From contig OZ037766.1 of the NCBI GenBank assembly GCA_964035545.1, forward strand, positions 10,220,722 to 10,284,721: a stretch of 64,000 nucleotides of DNA. The letters are read 5' to 3'. The stretch is from Bugula neritina (Eukaryota; Animalia; Bryozoa). Both the position numbers and the translations under genes were made by a program. Below are positions 58,150-64,000 of the stretch, one piece after another. Positions within the stretch are counted from its first letter, which is position 1. The number at the start of each line of letters is the position of its first letter. Under the pieces are notes generated by a model. The model was given only the letters and a program-made list of their open reading frames with translations. It did no database searches and was not told the DNA's origin.

Positions 58150-60356
58150 ATCACCCAGGGAGGCCCGCGCGTCTGTCGCCCCGCTGGGCGCCGCGCGGAG
58201 ATGCTGTGAAGTGGCGACCCCCGCGGCAAGTAGGCTCAAGCCACTCGCCGCCTGGGTCCTCTACGCCACTCCGGCACCAACACGAAGCCGGCAGACGGTT
58301 GACCACAGAGCCTGCGAGGGAAACGGTACAAGCGCCGCAAGGCGTACCGCCCCAACCTCGGCAGCTGGTCAATAGTCGCCGCCAACCGTGGACCCCTCGA
58401 CCCACAGCGAGGGAGGTGCAACCACGGCACACTCAATTGCAGCCGCACGGAAGTAGCTACTTCCTGCCAGGGAAGTTAGCCGGCAAGCCTGCCAACTTCC
58501 TCCTGGACTCCGGCTGCACCACCAACCTCCTTAGCCGTCAGTTCTTTGACACCCTCAGCGCTAAGGTCAAGGACAGGTTGGCACCGTACGAGGGGGATCA
58601 CGGCACCTTGGCAGACGGGTCGTGCATTCCCTTCTACGGCATTATTGAGCTAACTGGTTACGTCCGTAACCAGGCCATCCAAGAGACGTTTATCGTCGGG
58701 CAGCTCAACGAGGATGCTATCCTCGGGATGCCATTCTTACAACGACACGGTTGTCGCATCGATTTCAGTAAATCTGCGATAATCATGGGCGACAAGGAGC
58801 TCGCTTGTGTCGATAAGTTTGGTCGTCCTCTAGCGGGAGCAGTGCAGGTAGTACGGAGCTGTACTATACCAGGCCACTCCCGGGCTACCGTCCGCTGCAA
58901 GGTAGACGGTGGCCAAACCTCTAAGTTGGGAGTTGTCGAAAGTACGCACTCGAGAGTCCAACTTGCCCGTAGTTTTAGCCGGCTCACGGGGCAAGGAGAG
59001 ATCTCAGTGCAGTGTGTCAACCCCTTCTCAGAGACAGTAGACCTACCACCCAGATCCATGCTGGGTCGCTTCCATCCTGTCCAGGAGGAAGCCATTGGGC
59101 CGTCGTCGGGAGCTACGACGGAAGGTCCTCAGCAGAGCCCGTCTCGAGGGCGGAGGACCGTCCCAACCCACGCCTCCCCTCCTCCAGGGACGCGTGGCTG
59201 CACAGGCAACGGGAAACGCCAGGCTATGGCTAGGTTGCCACATGGGTACAGTGAGGCGTTCAGCCACACAGACCACGGAGCCCGCCTAAATAGAGCAGGC
59301 TGCCGTGAGGTACCGCGGGCGGCGAGGACCGCCCCTGCTCAGCCACTTCAACAGAGGGCTGACACGCCCCCGGAGGCTGCCCAGAGCCTCCGCGCCAAAC
59401 CTGTATGGGCTGGTAACGTTAGGGAGCTGCCGAAGCTCCAGGAATGCCTTCCTGGGGTGGTAGCCGACGTGTACCGAGCGAAACAGGAGGGGCGACGACC
59501 CAGTAGTACACAACGGCGACAGGGATGCGCCGAGTTACGGCTGTACTGTCAACGTTGGAGCTCTCTGCGGGTCGGGCCAGATGGTCTGCTAACCATGACC
59601 TTGGCCACCAACAGCAGACAGCCAGTCAGGAAGAGGGTTGTCTGCCCAGTTGCCATCCGCCGGAAGTTGATACAAGACACTCACGAGGAGACTCACGGAG
59701 GAGTCCAAGGGGTGGTCACCAAGCTACAACTCCGGTGGTACTGGCCTAACATGGAACGGGATATCCGACGCAGAGTGAGACGGTGCAAAGTCTGCCAGAC
59801 CAACAAGCATAGCCGTCTCCCTGGTGAAGTGGGGCGGCAGACGCATTGTGTGAGAAGGTCTCGGCAGGCGGAGACTGTCAACCTGGCCGGAAACACCTCC
59901 ATGACACGTCAGGAAGACTTGGCGAGGCGAGAAAGGCCACTTCCGTCCTTGAAAGTGCGCCCACCGCCCCCAACGTCAAGCCTGCCATCATCACCACTTC
60001 CGGAACCAAAAACAGGTCCGGAAGTGCAAAAACCCCCCCTGGGAGGGGCTCCGCAAGGAGATGCCAACATAGGACCAGCACCACACACTAGGCAACTTCC
60101 AGCGTGTCTCAGAGACTGTGTACGTGACCGCGGTATAAGCGGCAGTAACAAAAGTCTAGAGAGGCCTCGCGTAGGAAAACAGGCAAAGAGCCGTGGGAGT
60201 TGTGATCACCACGAGAATCTCAACTTTTGCCTCGGCGGAATCTCACACGAGATTCATCCGCTGGAAGTGAAAAGCCCTAGTCACGTTTCACAACCACGCT
60301 GTCCGGTCTTTTCCTATGTTGATGCAGTCGAGAGTAGACGTGCCAGTAAACAGTAA
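57996..60356 (+). CDS. pol: Internally deleted Pol: aspartic protease plus integrase zinc-binding remnant; no RT, RNase H or DDE core
   Basis: -1 frame relative to gag; protease FLLDSGC...ILGMPFL; HHCC H-EET-H-GG...WYWPNM...CKVC; no YxDD, LxTDAS or SDxG motif visible in the 786 aa. Confidence 0.88.
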   Translation: MRAAGTITRHGAPLLLGMRKARTFPEKLPSTPTRVKLPRPADVPTSCGPSVNHPGRPARLSPRWAPRGDAVKWRPPRQVGSSHSPPGSSTPLRHQHEAGRRLTTEPARETVQAPQGVPPQPRQLVNSRRQPWTPRPTAREVQPRHTQLQPHGSSYFLPGKLAGKPANFLLDSGCTTNLLSRQFFDTLSAKVKDRLAPYEGDHGTLADGSCIPFYGIIELTGYVRNQAIQETFIVGQLNEDAILGMPFLQRHGCRIDFSKSAIIMGDKELACVDKFGRPLAGAVQVVRSCTIPGHSRATVRCKVDGGQTSKLGVVESTHSRVQLARSFSRLTGQGEISVQCVNPFSETVDLPPRSMLGRFHPVQEEAIGPSSGATTEGPQQSPSRGRRTVPTHASPPPGTRGCTGNGKRQAMARLPHGYSEAFSHTDHGARLNRAGCREVPRAARTAPAQPLQQRADTPPEAAQSLRAKPVWAGNVRELPKLQECLPGVVADVYRAKQEGRRPSSTQRRQGCAELRLYCQRWSSLRVGPDGLLTMTLATNSRQPVRKRVVCPVAIRRKLIQDTHEETHGGVQGVVTKLQLRWYWPNMERDIRRRVRRCKVCQTNKHSRLPGEVGRQTHCVRRSRQAETVNLAGNTSMTRQEDLARRERPLPSLKVRPPPPTSSLPSSPLPEPKTGPEVQKPPLGGAPQGDANIGPAPHTRQLPACLRDCVRDRGISGSNKSLERPRVGKQAKSRGSCDHHENLNFCLGGISHEIHPLEVKSPSHVSQPRCPVFSYVDAVESRRASKQ

Positions 60357-60379
60357 TCAGATACCACTTTCATTCCAAA

Positions 60380-61427
60380 ATGTCTTACTATTCTGGATCG
60401 AAGGGTGAGTTAATTATGTTTTTGGTACGATAACTAGACTGCATCAGTCAGCTACACTAGCTAGCTGGAGATTCGATAATGATAAACAGTGGTGGGAATA
60501 CACGTCGACTTTGATTTTAAGTAATCTATCATAGCGAGTGTGTTCTCCATCAACTATTCATTAGCCTGAATCTCACGAGTGTAACTGAACAGAGTACCGG
60601 TCAGGCTGTACACGCCGACGGTGTCTCAGTGTATAATCTTTAACACTGCTACTCTTTCAGATCACACTCGAGTGACCACCTCCCGGTCACGAAACCAGCC
60701 AACCTCTCTGTCTATGGAAGAAGAGCCTGTAATGGAGAATGGCATACCAGTAGTACTCCGCCGACGACACCGTTGGGTGTCACCCACGACAGAGAGGAGA
60801 ATTGAAGAAGCCTGGGGACCCAGTGGACCACACCGAACCTGCCAGGTCTGCTTTGAGGAGTGCCCGTCGCACCGCTCCTTGCGTTTACATGTGGATGCCC
60901 ATTTCCTACTCCACTTCTGTCCCTGCGGCTTCCACGACGTCTACCCGTATCCCGTGACAGTACATAAGCTAAGCTGCTTCGCCGGAGAGAACCACACTGT
61001 TGATGAAGACAGTTTCCCCCTATACCTGGATGCCATCAAACCAGTCATCAGGAAGGCTATTACCCTGGCCGCACTAACGTCAGGGTTTCACGTACTGATA
61101 CTATCTGCCCGCCATAAGTCCCCTATGGTTCAGGGCCCACCTCCTACCCCCGTCAACCCTAGCGACACCCCAGAAGTAGAAGAAACAACCATATCCCGTA
61201 TCACGGAGACCCCCGTAACCCCACCAAGACCTAGCCAGCTGGCTAACGTAGAAGAGCGGCTTCTAAGACTGCAAGCCGAATTCACACAACTTGCCCCTGA
61301 CTTGCTGGATACGACGACAGGTCTATACCAGTTGAAAGACTCAGTGGGACGACTGAAGAGGCGGCTACGGGCCCGACAGGCTCGACACCGAGCACGGTCG
61401 CTACAAGAAGCAGAGTCCAACCAATGA
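60380..61427 (+). CDS. Accessory ORF3 of the LTR element: tandem zinc finger plus coiled-coil protein, probably spliced
   Basis: Mini-exon 60380-60404 (MSYYSGSK, donor G|GTGAGT) joins acceptor CTCTTTCAG|A at 60660/60661 in frame with ORF 60621-61427. C-x2-C-x12-H-x3-H followed by C-x-C-x12-H-x3-C; heptad-like Leu-rich segment and Arg-rich C terminus. Confidence 0.75.
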
Positions 61428-61708
61428 GAATGCCTGGGGTAGGCACCTTCGTTGAGCTATAGCTCGTTTAGGATATGACGAGCGCTCCGACATTGGCCCG
61501 CGTGCTGGTAAGCACCCTCTCTCTTAATAGCTGACTAGATGTGTGTGATCGATCACCCTGTTGTCTTCTAATGTAAACGTTGTCGTGTTTAACTATTTCT
61601 TTTCTTACTCTTTGTGGGTTTACTTATGAATATTTCCTTTTTGGATTATTGTATGGTTTTTCATTATGTTTTTTATTATTGTGTTATCAGAAAGTAGGGC
61701 TTTCTGCT

Positions 61709-61719
61709 GGGGGGGACGG
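61709..61719 (+). promoter_or_regulatory. Polypurine tract
   Basis: GGGGGGGACGG immediately before the 3' LTR. Confidence 0.85.
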
Positions 61720-62071
61720 TGTAGTGAGTAGTGCAAGTACAAATACAGGAATCGCCCTCTCCCTATTCTTGGAATACTTAGACTCTTATGTAGCAACCAA
61801 TTAGCAGCTCCGGAAGATATGCTTCCGAGTCACGTGACACTTCCCGGGTTAATAAGATTATATCACGTTGTTGTAAGCGGAGGCTTGTAGTAGTAACATG
61901 TGTTAGTAGTTGACTCTTGTATAGGATAATTTGATGTGATGTTTGTTTTATGCTTTATTGTGGATAATAAATATAATTACTCGACAGCTACCCTAGTAAT
62001 TGATAACAGAATAACCAGCTAACTATACGCAAGTAAATAACTCACGCTCAGTAATTGCACAAATTACTACA
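61720..62071 (+). repeat. 3' LTR
   Basis: Identical by eye to 56812-57163; followed by the ATAT TSD. Confidence 0.97.
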
Positions 62072-64000
62072 ATATTTAAATTTATTGAAGATTGTCTGTT
62101 ACATAGCTCTGTCCTGGTAATAGTAATAATAAAATAATATTAGTATATGTACTCTTAGCTAATAATGGTTACATGAATCAGCAAAATGTTTTTCCTAATG
62201 CTACAACCTTATAGAAGCATCTTCCTTCATAAGCTCAAGTCATCACGGCTAGTAGTTCGTTTATTCAAGATCTTGTTCTAATTTACTTTTATTTGTTTGG
62301 ACTTCTATCAATTTAAAGCAATTATATTAATTTCTAAAAATATTATTTGAATAACAAAACTAATTCAAAATCATTAAATGCTAGCCATCAGAAATTTGAG
62401 TGTACAATGTCGTATCTATAAAATGTCAAGTTTAGCTACGAATTCCTGTACAAGCATAAAGAAGATAGGCATGTATGCTTTGGGTTTTCATTGATAACTT
62501 GATGTATATACATGTGAAGGTGGTCATACTTACAGCTGATTGGTTGGGGTTTGTTTATACACATGGTATACACCCTTAATCAACTCTGGTTAAGTCAAGG
62601 ATATACAGTCGGTAGTTAGGTAGTATGTTAAAGACCAACACTTTATCGTGACAAATAGTAATAATATATATTATGTATTTAGTCTAAACTCTAAAATAAT
62701 TATACACGTAGCTGTTGAAAGCATTCTCACAACTGTCTGTTGAAAAGTTAAGTTGATTATTGAGTTGGTAGTTGCAACAAATAACTGGTTGACTAATGGA
62801 CCCAAATCTCTAAGGGCCTGCTATGTGTGACCAACAACTGCCACCTAATTAGAATGGTCAAGAGTAAATAAAATATTCAAGCTGATGTCTTTGTAGTTGG
62901 TGAGAAGGATTTGAAATGCTTTGACGATAATGCCTGGGTGCTGAGCAGTTACCGAGTTTGGCGTTACGCGAGAAGTACCTGCAATGAAACGTTGGGGGAC
63001 TATTTCTATTTGTTTGCAAACTTTCTCTATGACGTGTCTACACCTGTGAGTAGTTTCATTTAGCAAATATTCTGTTTGACCTACTTTTACAAAGTGTTAC
63101 CTCATTGAATACAAATAAAATACAATGATGAGGTAGTTTAAAGAAAACTTATCTAGCCTGTTCGCTAGCGGAAAATTCTTATGTATGAAGTTTGTTGACC
63201 ATATAGGGAAAAAGCAATTTAGCTTATAAAATATTTGCGTAACTAATTATATTTCCTAGATTATGTTGTTGTAATTTTTTGCTCTTTAATTTTTGATATT
63301 TCATGCAATCATGTAGGTACTTTTTTATCTAAATATTTTAGTTTAATGTTATACACTTAGAGTACATAATAATGTAGATATATGTAAATTATACTATAAA
63401 TTTGTATTTAGTGATATTAATTTTATTTAGCTTGCCATATGCCCAGGTTCAGAGTAAATGCAATAAGTCTCAACTACACATGAGTAAATTAAGTATAATG
63501 ACATTATTCTGAACATATGTTCTCATAAATCTTTATAACATTGATATTACTGACATATTAGTATAAGTAAATTCAATAGCAGTATGGGATTATTCTATAT
63601 ATTTAATGCATAGTTGTATTTCAAAGCTTTTCATTTTAAGCTGATCTCCAGAATGTTGATGCTGTCATAATTTTTCTGACCCTAATATCTACAAATTAAG
63701 CAACTGGGGAATTTTTTTAACAAAAAGTAATTTTTGGTGCCTTGATGTTCTAAATAAGTGCATTACACTTAAATATTTACTTAGAATTGATTGTCTAAAA
63801 ACCCTGAATTAAGATCATCTACAAACATAATTAGTTACTTACCTTGAAGCTATATTATGAATAATTGATGCAAGTGAAGATTTCTATGTATGATGAGCAC
63901 TATATAAAATTGTAAAGAAAGATATATGTTAGATATATATACACACACAGCCTATATATACATACATACTTGTGTGTATATAAATATTGATTGCTATGTA

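Larger units (their letters stand above)
56812..62071 (+). mobile_element. Non-autonomous Ty3/Gypsy-type LTR retrotransposon, 5260 bp, very recent insertion
   Basis: Two 352-bp LTRs (TGTAGT...ACTACA) identical by eye; 4-bp TSD ATAT (56808-56811, 62072-62075); PBS; PPT; gag; protease; integrase HHCC remnant placed after an RT-start remnant (Gypsy order); GC-rich interior. Confidence 0.97.

Noticed and set aside
57622-61420. Numerous antisense and alternative-frame ORFs inside the LTR element
   Set aside because: Expected in GC-rich coding DNA; short, with no motifs.
60621-61427. ORF3 as an envelope gene
   Set aside because: No signal peptide, cleavage site or transmembrane anchor.
62845-63900. 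Possible terminal exons of a minus-strand gene entering from the right edge
   Set aside because: A 73-aa ORF and a donor at ~63842 exist, but I could not establish a consistent frame or recognise a domain.

Overview
AT-rich, intron-rich animal (bilaterian invertebrate-like) genomic DNA; no prokaryotic features, rRNA or CRISPR arrays. Host genes, in order: the 5' end of an EF-hand-like gene (-), BLOC1S2 (+), an intronless somatostatin/allatostatin-C-type GPCR (-), a TINAGL1/Swim-like inactive papain-family protein (-), a Sidestep/nephrin-like Ig+FN3 membrane protein (-) with an apparent 1-bp frameshift, RAB10 (-) head-to-head with a kinesin-8 (KIF18-like, +), and an unrecognised multi-exon gene (+). 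Repeats: two LINE RT relics, a Penelope-like relic, a 938-bp long-TIR foldback element, a PIF/Harbinger MITE, tRNA-derived SINEs, and mini/microsatellites. The most striking object is a very young 5260-bp Ty3/Gypsy-type LTR element (56812-62071). It has LTRs identical by eye, an ATAT TSD, a tRNA-Leu PBS, a PPT, intact Gag, a -1 frameshift signal and a protease. Its pol has lost RT, RNase H and the integrase core but remains an open frame. In the env position it carries a putatively spliced ORF encoding a tandem zinc-finger plus coiled-coil protein. Exon boundaries were read by eye and are approximate.
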